Both the position numbers and the translations under genes were made by a program. The notes under the pieces are model-generated. The model did not search any database and was not told where the DNA came from. It worked only from the letters and a program-made list of their open reading frames with translations. From NCBI RefSeq assembly GCF_009834535.1, contig NC_045697.1, positions 89,592,001 to 89,656,000 on the forward strand: a stretch of DNA of 64,000 nt, given 5' to 3'. This stretch comes from Camelus ferus. Lineage: Eukaryota. Positions 53,040-64,000 of the stretch are shown here, one piece after another; the stretch's first letter is position 1, and the number at the start of each line of letters is the position of its first letter.

Positions 53040-56014
53040 ACTAATTTATGTATATCTCACAACAACCTCAACCACACTTAAAAAGATACAACAAAATTCA
53101 GCAGTCAACAATGAAAAATCACAATATCTGGCAATCAGTACAAAATTATCAGGCAAGAAGGAAGCAGGGAAATATGACCTAAAGAAACATAAAGAGCACA
53201 AGTGATGAGATTAGCAGACAGGGATGTTAAACCAGCTGTATACATACACTACACATGTTCAATGAGGGAGAGGAAAATTTGAATATGATGAGAAAAAAAT
53301 GTGAAGAAGATCTTAGCAGAAGTTTCAAAATATAAAACAATTTCTGAAATAAAAAGAATGAATATAATGAATAGCATGTTTGAAACTACAGAACACATTT
53401 CAGTAAAATAGAAGAGAGAAAATTAAAATAAAAACATAGTGAAAAGACCAAAAACAGTTGCAATCCCCAGACACCTGTCGGCAATACTGATTATTCTAAC
53501 ACTTGTGTATTTGAATCCTTAAGAAGAGAGAAAGCAGAAAATTTATTTAAATTCATGACCAAAAAAAATCTTCAAATTAAATGAAAAATTTAACTTTACA
53601 GATTCAAATATTTCAATAAACTCCAATAAGAAAACAACTAACTCAAAATTAAAAATTTGAATTAAGACCTGAAACTGTGAAGAAAACATAGGTGCTCAGC
53701 TTCATGACATAAGCCTTGACAATGATTTTTTGGATCTGATACCAAAAGCAAAAGCAACAAAGACAGAAACAAACAAACAAAAAAATCGAAACAATATCAC
53801 ACAAAAAGAATCTTCTGCACAGCAATCAACTAATTTAAGGATGCTTGCTGAATGGGAAAAAAAATTTTGCAAATCATATATCTGATAAGGGGCTAACATC
53901 CAAAAAAAAAAAAAATATATATATATCTTATACAAAATAGGGGGGAAAAATCAAATAATCCAATTAAAATATGGCCAGAAGACCTAAATAGACTGTTTTC
54001 CAAAGAAGATATACAGATGGGCAACAGACGTATGAAAAGATGCTCAACATCATTAATCATCATAGAAACACAAATCAAAACAACGAGCTATGTCATCTTA
54101 TATCTGTTAGAATGGCTATAATAAAAAAGACAAGAAATAACAAATGCTGGTGAGGATGTGGAGAAAAGGGAACCCTGTGCACAGTTGGTGGGAAAGTAAA
54201 GTGGTGCAGCCAATAAGGAAAACAGAATGGAGGCTTCTCAAATAGATTAAAAATAGAACTACCATACGATTTAGCAGTTCTACTTCTAAGTATTTATCTG
54301 AAAAAAACAAAAACACTAAGCAGGAAGATATATGCACCACTATGTTCATTTTAGCATTATTTACAATAGCCAAGATATGAAAACAATCCAAATGTCCATT
54401 GATATATGAATGGATAAAGAATGTGTGATATATATATATATATATATATACACATACATACATATACATACACACACACATATATACATACACACATAAT
54501 GGAATATTATTCAGTCATTAAAAATGAAATCTTGCTATTTGCAACAACATGGATCAAACTCAAGTGTATTACACTAAGTGCAATAAGTCAGAGGGAGAAG
54601 GATAAATACTATATGGTCTCTCTTGTATCTGTAATCTAGGGGAAAAAACCAAGAACAAACAAACAAAAAAGTTAATAGATATAAAGAACAGATTGGTGGC
54701 TGCCCGAGGTGGGGGTAGGGTATGGGAAAAACAGGTATAGAGGGTCAAAAAGTTAAAAATGAAGGAGAAGCAGCAGCAGCCCATGGACTGTCAGATGGAA
54801 TGTTCATATTCACATGCTAGGCCTCCTTCTCCTATCAGGAATGACAAAGTCTGGCCTCTTGGTTCTTAGAGGATAGCTGGGAATCTGTTCTGAAGGTAGA
54901 GGCAAGGCCAGGACAAGAGGAAGACTGTCTAGAACTTATCAAGGGGACTTGGGAGTTCAGGATCAGTTAGGTTCTCTCTGAGCCAGATAAGAGGAAAAAA
55001 AAAAATAGCTGCTGCAGATGAAAAGAGAGAAAGAGGAAGGAAGGAAAGAAGGGAAAGCAAGAAAGGAAGAAAGGAAAACTACACAAAGTTACATCACAAT
55101 CAAACTGCCGAAAATCTATGACAAAGAGAAAATCTTTAAAGCAACAAGAAAAAGTAGACCCACTATTTTTAAGAACAAATATGTTGAGGAACTGGAACAC
55201 ACATACACTGCTGATGGTAATGTTAAATGTCTCCATCATTTTGAGAAATGATTTAACAATTCCTTAAAATGTTAAATGTGCAGGTACCATGTGTTACATA
55301 CACTCAACCCCCAGGCATTTACTTAAGAGAAACAAAAGTAGTATTTATACTATTTATACAGATTTGTACATGAAAGTTTTTAGCAAATTTATTTGCAATA
55401 CTTCACATACGGAAACAACCCAAAATATCCAAGAAACAGTGAATAAATACAAACATTAGGGTTTATCATACAATAGAATACTGTCTGGTAATTAAAGAGA
55501 ATAGACTATGGATACATGCAATAACATAAATCTCAAAATAATTATGCTGAGTAAAACAAGTCTGACAAAAAATAATGTATCAGGTGGGTGTGGGTCAAGG
55601 AGAGAAGGAAGGATTTCCAAGGGGCATGGGAGAACTTTAGGGGATGACGCATAGTTTTGTAATAGTGTACTAGTAATTTGAGGGAAAAAGTTTCATAATT
55701 TTGAAATGTCAAAGCTTATCCAAATGTACTCTTTAAATATGTGCAGTTTATTATATGTTAATTATACCCCAATAAAACCCCATCAAAGAGATGCCACTAC
55801 ACACTCAAGAAGAAAGGTTGAAATGACATATTTTGAAAATACCAAGTGCCGCTGAGGATCTAAGCAAATGGAACAGTCATACATTGCTAGTTGAAATGCT
55901 ACATGTACAGACACTCTGGGAAACTGGTAGTTTTTAAGAAATATCTACATACTCTCATTATAGAATCAAGCAATTTCACTCTCAAGGTTTTACACAAGAG
56001 AAATGAAAACATGT
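53040..56014 (+). mobile_element. Sense L1 block (older 5'/ORF1 pieces with a younger 3' L1 ~53640-54760)
   Basis: aagacctgaaactgtgaagaaaacatagg...gaggatgtggagaaaagggaaccc...gcaacaacatggat; (TA)n/(CA)n at ~54428-54497. Confidence 0.85.
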
Positions 56015-59000
56015 TCTGACAGTTAATTTCATGTGTCAACTAGACCAGGTGGGCTATTTGGTCAAACATCACCCCACATGTGCCTGTGAGGGTGTTTGGG
56101 ATGAGATTAACATTGGAATCAGTACACTGAGTAGGGCAGATTTCCCTCCTTATAGTGGGTGATGCTAATTCAATTAGTGGAAGTTGTGAATAGAATAAAA
56201 AGAGTAAAAGGAAAATTCTATGGCTTGAATGGTTGAGCTGGAACATAGGGTTGTTGCCCCTGACTGGAACTTTCATCACCAGCTCTCCTCGTTCTCAAGC
56301 CCTCAGTCTGGGACTGGAAATTACACTACTAGCTTTCCTGGTTCCGAAGCTTTCAGACTCAAGACTGGAACTAGCACCACTGGCTCTCCTGGTTCTCAGG
56401 TCTTTGAACAAAGTCTGCAAGTTACACCATTGGCTTTCCTAGGTGTCCAGCTGAATGACTTCACATCTTGGGATTTCTCAGCCTCCCGAGGCACATGATC
56501 TAATTCTTCATAATAAATCTTCATATATATACACACACACACACATACACCATATATATGTATATCTTCATATATATTCTATTGGACTTCTCTAGAGAAC
56601 CCTGACCAATATAGATTTTGATACCAAGAGTGGTTCTAGAGGAATAGAATTCCAAGGATGAGTTTTTTTCAACTAGTTCTGGGGTTTCTGGAATTGGCTC
56701 TGTAATCTGATTAGACTTTAAGACACTAATGACTTTTTATAGTAGTAAAGAGAATACTGAAAATCCATAGTAACATAGTAACATGCCAGCAACAGAGATA
56801 CACAAAATATCACCATCAATGCTCCTAATCAACCACTTATAAAAGCCAGGAGCTGGATGACTACATATGATACCTTCAAATATTTTTGAAAAACTAATGA
56901 ATATAATGAGATTGGCTGGTTGCTCCTACTGTCACTGCAAAGTGGGGAAAGAAAAGAATTTACGGCTTCAAATTCCCAGTTCAAGTGCCACATAAATGAT
57001 CTGCTAGCTTCTATTTGTGCCGTGAAGGAGACCATCTCCTGTAGCCACAGGACTAAGATTGCTGGAAATAAAACTCAGACTCTCTTTCTGTGATTGGCTG
57101 AATTACAATCCAAATTGAACTCCCAATCTCACTGGGTGTCTATTGTTAATGTGAGGGCATTGAGTGGGAAGAAATGAGATCCTGAAAGTTGGAATAGGGG
57201 CATGTGGGAAAGACCTTGATGAAACTCGGGACTGAGGCCTTAAATTCTGATGAGTCACTTTTGTCAGTGAAAGAGGCCCCCCAACCCTAGTGGGAATGGC
57301 CTTGCTGCCCCCATCTGAGGAGATTAACCACCCGTCACCTGAGGAAGCTCTAATGGCCTCTCCTGAGGCAGCTGCTGAGCAAGACAAGAGTGAGTCTCCA
57401 CAGGAAACACCTGCACTACCCCTCCAGCTCTATAATTAATCTCAAGTCCCAAGAGGCCCCTAAAGAGAAGGTAGAAAGTGTGACTCATCAGAGATGTACT
57501 ACATTCCAAAAGACCTACTTGAGTTTCCTAATTGATACAGACAAAAATCTGGGGAACATGAGTGAGAATAGACTTTAAGAGTGTGGGGTAATGGTGGAAG
57601 AAAGATGAAGTGGAATAAGGCTGAACTTATCGATACAATAAGAAGACATTTTTCATTTAATGTTGCACCTCAGGGAGGCAGAAAGGACTCCCAACAGTTT
57701 GTTAGGCTGTTGGTTAGAATACTGACCAAAAAGTGGCCTACCAAAAGTGAGCAAGTTGGAAATGCCAGTCTTGCCTTGGTTTAACGTAGAGGAGGGGATT
57801 CAAAGGCTCAAGGAGGCAGGAATATCACAGTGGGTTTCACATTTAAGACCTACCACCCACACTGGGAGGGTTTAGAAGATTTGCCTGCCATCAATGCTGT
57901 GAGAAAAAAATTTGTGAAGGGAACCCCAGAATCCTTAAAGAGCTCTTTGATTCCTCTTCTCGTAGGCCAGACCTTACAGTGAGCGCTCCAGTCAGTGAAT
58001 CTGGAAACCTAAATGCAATGGGAGTAACTCGATCTAGAGGTCCAAGAGGAACCAAGCGGCAGAGGCCAAGTGGCAGCTCTCAGCCACTGAAGACAAGGCA
58101 GGCACGGTTTCTGTAACAGACAGCACGGTCAAAGCGTCATAGAGAATAGGCTAACCCATGCAGACCTACGGCATTGGTTGATTGTTCGCGGTGTTCCTAG
58201 GAGTGAAACAGATAGGAAGCCTACTAAATTCTTACTTGATCTGTATAAGCAAACTGTGTAAGTTCTAGGTCAGGAGAATAAAAATATAACCTGAATCATA
58301 ACAAGCAAGAGTCATGGCCCTTTTATCCATTCCCAGATTTGAGCCAGTTGACTGACCCAGAATATCTTGAATGAAGAGGCTAGATTCCTTTGATAAAGGA
58401 TCCTTGTACACTGCTAAAAATGTATATGGTTAATCCTTCCTCCAGCCTTCCTTAAAGGAACCTACACTCTTGTACCAGCGTAACTGTACATTGGGAAAAA
58501 GGCAGTAATCAGAATTTGTGGGACTACTGGACACTGGCTCTGAACTGGCACTAATTCCAAGAGACCCAAAATGTCACTGTGGTCCACCAGTCAGAGTAGG
58601 GGCTTATGGAGGCCAGGTGATAAGTGACATTTTAGCTCCGGTCCACCCCACGGTGGGCCCAACCCTCATTGTGTAGTTATCTCCCCACTTCTGGAACGCA
58701 TAATTGGAATAGATATACTCAGCTGGCAGAATCCCTGCATAGGTTCCCTGGCCTGGCAGGTAAGAGTTATAATGTTGGGAAAGTCCAAGTAGACGCCACT
58801 AGAACTGTCTCTATCTAGAGAAATAGTAAACCAAAAGATACACCTCATTACAGGTTGGACTGCAGAGATTAATGACATCATCTCGGATTTGAAAGATACA
58901 AGAGTGATGATGAGTCCCACTGCATCTGCAGTCAACTCATCTATTTGTGTTGTACAAAAGAGACAGATCTTGGAGCGTAATCACAGATTATCATAAGCTT

Positions 59001-59956
59001 AACCCACTGGGGACTCCTATTGTGGCCGCTGTACCAGATGTGATATCATTGCTTGAGCAAATTAACAGATGCTCTGGTTGCTGATACACAGTTATTACTC
59101 AGGCCAGCAATATTCTTTGACTCTCCTACCTCAGGGATGCATCAACTCTCTAGCACATTATAATTTAGCTTGCAGAGATCTTGATTGCCTTTCAGTTTCA
59201 CAAGATGTCACAATGGGCATTACATTAATGGCATCATGTTGACTGAGCCTGGAAGCCAAGAAGTAGCAATAGTTCTAGACCTGCCGGTAAGACATGTGCA
59301 CATCAGGGAGTGGGAAGTCAACCTGACAAAAGCTCAGGGGTCTTCTAACCTCGGTGAAACTTGCAGGGGTCCACTAGTGTGTGGCATGTGGAGACAGACT
59401 CTCTAGGGGGAAGGACAAGTTTTTGCATCTGGCCCCTCTCACAACCAAAAAACCAACCAACCAACCAACCAACAAAAACCACCTACTGGGCTTTTTTGGA
59501 TTTTGAGGCAACATATTCCTCATTTGGGTGTGGTACTTTGGTCCATTTACTGAGTAAACCTAAAAGCTACTAGTTTTGAGTGAGACCCAGAACAGGGAAG
59601 GCTCCTATAGGATGACCAACACAAACTTCATTCACTTCACCACCTCCAAAGTCAATTAACAATGAAACCACAAAGGAGAAAACCTCTGCTCCTCTTCCTC
59701 ATAGCTGCACCCACAGTGTGGAGTAATGTCATCATGGTTATCTAAAGTAGAAATGTTTGAAGGTTTTATTAATCATAGTTTAGGCCCTTAGGATTTTGGA
59801 GCAAAACCCTGTCATACTCTGCTGATAACTATTCCCCTTTTGAGAAACAGCTCTTGCCCTCCTACTGGGCCTTAATAGAGACTGAAAAGTTAACAACAGG
59901 CTAAATTCTATCAGTACCATTTGGTTTTACTTCTCTGGAGAACACTGACCAATACA
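56015..59956 (+). mobile_element. Deleted ERV-L provirus: MLT2 5' LTR (56015-56613), gag/pro/pol remnants, truncated 3' LTR
   Basis: MLT2 termini; internal start gattttgataccaagagtggttctagagga; protease GLLDTGSELALIP at 58521-58559; RT DYHKLN (~58986), LPQG (~59126), HYING (~59218, decayed YIDD); RNase H YSPFEKQLL (~59830); 5-bp TSD catgt / cgtgt. Confidence 0.92.
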
Positions 59957-60455
59957 CGTGTTCACAGTTAGATCGATATTCCAATATTCAAAGTAACATT
60001 ATTCAAATTAGCCAGAAATCAGAAGCAATCAACCAGTGAATTAATAAACTAATAGTGGTATATCAATATGGTGAAATGCTACTTAGCAGTTAAAAGAAGT
60101 GAATTGTGACTACATGCAACAATCCTGATGAATCTCAAAAGCATTTTGTTCAGAGAAAGAAACCAGACACAAAAGGTTACATAGTATATAAAACCATTTA
60201 TATGGCATTCTGGAAAATGCAAGACTAGAGGGAGAAATCAGATCAGTGGCTGCCATGGGCTGTGATGAGGGGAGTGGATTTACTACGGCAGGGGGTGGGT
60301 ACAGCAGAACTGTTCTGGAGTGATAAAAATGTTCTATACCCTGACTGTGGAGGTGGTTACAAAGCTGTACACCTTCGCCAAAACTCTGAATCATACACTT
60401 AAAATGGTAAATTTTATTACATGTAAATTTTATCTTAATTAGGTGAGTTTAAAAA
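59957..60455 (+). mobile_element. L1 (L1MC/ME-like) 3' end, continuing the L1 split by the ERV-L
   Basis: atgaatctcaaaagcattttgttcagagaaagaaaccagacacaaaagg...tacacttaaaatggtaaattttatt. Confidence 0.85.
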
Positions 60456-63400
60456 CAAAAATAAATTGAACTTTAGTCTGAAAATTTCACATAGAAAAGA
60501 ACAAGCAAAGACTCCAGTGTAAACCAGCCAGTTAAAAAGATTTTTTAAAAAATTAAATTGTTAGGGATTTTTAACAATATCCTCTATAGATTTCAGTAAT
60601 AGTAACTCACCAAAAACTCTTTTGCATTAATCTGTAGCTGCATTTTCATCGTTTTTAAGGATTGTATTTGAAAGTGAAAACAGATGTCTTTTTGAGTAAA
60701 TTACCAAAAGTGACTTTAAAAATTTGAGTGAGAGATGATCATTGAAGTGAAAATGATTCAGTCTGGTGCTCACTCAGTAGGTAATGTTAGCTCTTACTCT
60801 AACTTCCTAACAAAAGTCAAATTTTGCAGTATGGGTGGAGTCAGTCTAGAGGAAAAAAAAAGATTATTTGGTATGTACTTTGGCAAGATGTAGGTAGCAT
60901 TCTAAAATAACACTATCTATAAAAATAGTTGGCAGTATTTATAAGAAAAATGTCTGCCATTTTGAATTATGCTATACATTTATTTTAAAAATGCCTGTAA
61001 CAGAATGTAATACAGTTCGTCTTTCAGAATTGCCCAACAGATGCTTTTTATTTATATTTTGTTCAAGTACAATATTTCATTCATTCTTAATTAAATGTTT
61101 ATATGGCTCAAATTTAGGTTAACTTGAAATTATGTGTTTTATTTGAATTCTGAGAGCAGGCAATGCCCTTGCTCATCATGGCATAATGTAGAAGGCAAAT
61201 TATTTCAAAATATTTTCTACTGAAATGAACCTTTGTATTCTGCACAAAGCATTTTATTAGCCCTTACTAATACTATGCTCAGCAATTAAATTCTCTACAT
61301 TTGTGGGCACTATAAAAACTATAATGACTATTTTAAACCTGTCTTCAACAAAAAGTTACTTTTTTATGTAATTTTGAACACTTAAACAATGAAAGTTCTA
61401 GAAGATTAGAACAAATTTCCATACCATGAAGTAGAGTCATTCTGAATTTTCAAAACTTTTAACTCAAGAGGGAGTAATTAGGGGAAATTTACAAATACTA
61501 ATTTTTGAAGTTTCATGGCAATATAATTATACAGTGCTCTTAGAAATAGCATTTCTTGAGAATGTAAGATGAATTTGGGAGGAGGGGGAAATAAAAACAA
61601 ATAGTGGAAGCAGCTATGAGGGCCCCTGTAGTACATCTAAGAAGGAGATTTAGTTTCTTAAATGGACCCTCAGAGTTTGCCCAGACGTGCACATAGTACT
61701 TTCATTCTAGTAACTTTTCTTGGAAGATATTTTTGGAGACATTGATGAGCCACTATATATGCTCTGATGTTTCAAGGGTTGGAGGAAAGAAATATACAGT
61801 GAGAATTTCAATCATCTTTTTGTTAGAACTGGAAACGGGTTTTCTTTTCTGAATCAAGAATAAGCAAATCATGGAGAAACATAATACAAGGATGACAAAG
61901 GTTAGTGTCACAAAGGGCATGATTATGTACGGATGCTCAATCCCACAGCTCAGAAAAGCAATGGCTTTAGCATATATATCACCCTATTAGGAAAAGAATC
62001 TTTTTTTTTTTAATGTATTTGCTTCTATGTGGTAAGATCTATCAGTGCAGTCTTTACTGAATTTAACTATAATTACCTGAAACAAATAATATTTAGAGAA
62101 TAGGTATGTCCTGATCCTGATGTCCTGATGGATGGATGGACATGCTTATGACTGTTTAGAAACAGAGAAACCAATCTGCTCCCTCTGATTCTCTTCCTCT
62201 CTCATGCGTGTGTCTGTGTTCTGTAGAAACATGCAATCTAATAAATACCATGTAAAGGGGGAGTTTTAACAAAAGAAGGAAGGTCTCCACTTTAAAGGAG
62301 TTTATTAAAGGGCCAAACTTTCAAAGATCTGTGCGGAAAGAGTAAGTTGCACCTGCTGCTGAAATGGTGAAGCAAAATACAGCTCACAAAATCAGACGGA
62401 CTTTATGCTGAAGTCAATCCAGGTGATAAACTTCTGTAAACAACATTTGTAGAACTAACAACAAAAAAGCACTAACAACAAGCAGAAACAATGAAAGTAG
62501 AATGCATTACTCCCTTGCTGGTCAGAAGGTATCAAAATGAATTCATATTTCATTTGACTCTGACTCTCATACAATGAATCTTTAAGAGAGCCTTTGTAAT
62601 AAATTTTGAGTCTATCTTTAAAAAACAAACAAACTAAAAATAAACCAGTAAACAAAATGCTATCTCAGTTATTGTTTTTAGCTGTTAAAAATAGAAACAT
62701 ATAAAACTTATTTCCAACAAAACTGCTTCTTAAATTGATGCTTTGGTTGAAAATTTTTCAGAGCAAAAAGGACCAGGTGCTTATATGATAATGTTTCTAC
62801 TTATTATGAACACACACATACACAGACACACACACAAAAAAAAGTAGAGAAAGAGGTTGACTGGAGAGAAACGAGACCAAGAAATATTAAACTTTTGTTA
62901 ATAACTCCAGATACTTTGCCAAGTGTAATTTAACCATTTTTCCCCCAGATGATGACAGAATATAATATTCCCTGAGCCATTCTTTCATTTCTTTTAATAT
63001 TGATCATTCTGTAGTATTCTAGGTGTAGTTGTTCAGCTATTTATAAATACCAAAAACTATTTTCCTAATTAATTATTTTTCCCTAAAATTTTTTTTGTTT
63101 AAAAATGTGATTTATTGTTGCTAGTTTTTTTTTTTTCCCTTCTCTGGGCTTCTGCAAAGAAGAAGGAAATTAGAATAATGTAAATATCCTCTAACTAGAG
63201 ATTAGAAAAGTCTTTCTTCAAGATTGCAAGCATTTTCTTTATGGGCTTCTTTCAATGTCAGCATTTTCTGATTTATTTTTCTTAATGTGAAACTAATTAA
63301 AAAATCCATCTCAACTTAAAAAAATAGATAATATGCAATTCAGAATTATTGTAAATTAGCTATTAAAAGTATTTGAACTTCCCATGTATTTTATCATTGA

Positions 63401-63604
63401 AAGAAAAACAGAACACATAAAGAAAAAAAAAAAGCAGGAAAAAAATTGTAGAACAACAGAACAGGTCCTGGGATTACTAGAAGGTAACATTTGAGGAAAT
63501 AATGATTTCCAGACAGAAGAGTAGCCTATAGCCATTTGAGGAAGAGAAAGGAAAGAAAAAGTATTTGTACCATCTGGCTGTATGCACAAAAATATCAAGA
63601 ATTG

Positions 63605-64000
63605 TGTCATGTTAGATGCTATGCTTGTTAGCTATGGTTATACAACAAACAAATGACTCCAAAATTTAGAGACTTGAAACAATGAAAATGATTTGATTTT
63701 CACTCATGGTTTCTGCATGAAGGGCTTGGCTGGTGTCTCTGGCTCAGGGTCTCTCACATGGTAGCTGTCAGATGGAGGCTGGGCTGGAGATAGTGGAGGG
63801 GGATGCGGAGTGGGATGCGGAGGAATTGGAGCCTGTGCGGCCCTCTCTCCCCTTCTGTCCTCTGAGAGCTTCTTCATGTAGTCTCTCTGTGGGGGCTTGT
63901 TTGGACTTTTTCACATCATAGCCCACTGGGCCATCAGGGTCGCATGGCAACTCAAGGCTTCAGTGCAAGAGTGCTGGTGAACAGTGTGGCAGCTGGGTGC
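63605..64000 (-). mobile_element. MLT1 (MaLR) LTR, running off the window end
   Basis: acaacaaacaaatgactccaaaatttagagacttgaaacaa...ctcagggtctctcacatggtagctgtcagatggaggctgggctgg is the antisense MLT1 pattern. Confidence 0.75.

Noticed and set aside
62455..62655. Minus-strand exon candidate DRLKIYYKGSLKDSLYESQ
   Set aside because: Weak donor site, no recognised homology and not linkable to other exons.
217..63950. Remaining short track ORFs as genes
   Set aside because: They are 60-128 aa, often start at non-ATG codons, and mostly overlap L1, L2, LTR or simple repeats, as expected by chance.

Overview
AT-rich mammalian genomic DNA, probably camelid judging by the young L1 3' tails. It is dense in transposon relics (L1, L2, MIR, ERV1 solo LTRs, MLT1/MLT2 LTRs, a deleted ERV-L provirus), and I cannot confidently name any host protein-coding gene. 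The main result is at ~9.87-21.8 kb on the + strand: a heavily decayed, near genome-length endogenous bornavirus-like element. Hand translation across stops and frameshifts gives collinear similarity to orthobornavirus N, P, M, G and L in native gene order, including RdRp motifs VKGRF and GKGDN. The element is interrupted by L2, MIR, L1 and two ERV1 solo LTRs, which suggests great age. All alignments were made by eye against BoDV-1 protein sequences recalled from memory and need tBLASTn/HMM confirmation. Repeat boundaries and subfamilies are approximate unless a TSD is given.
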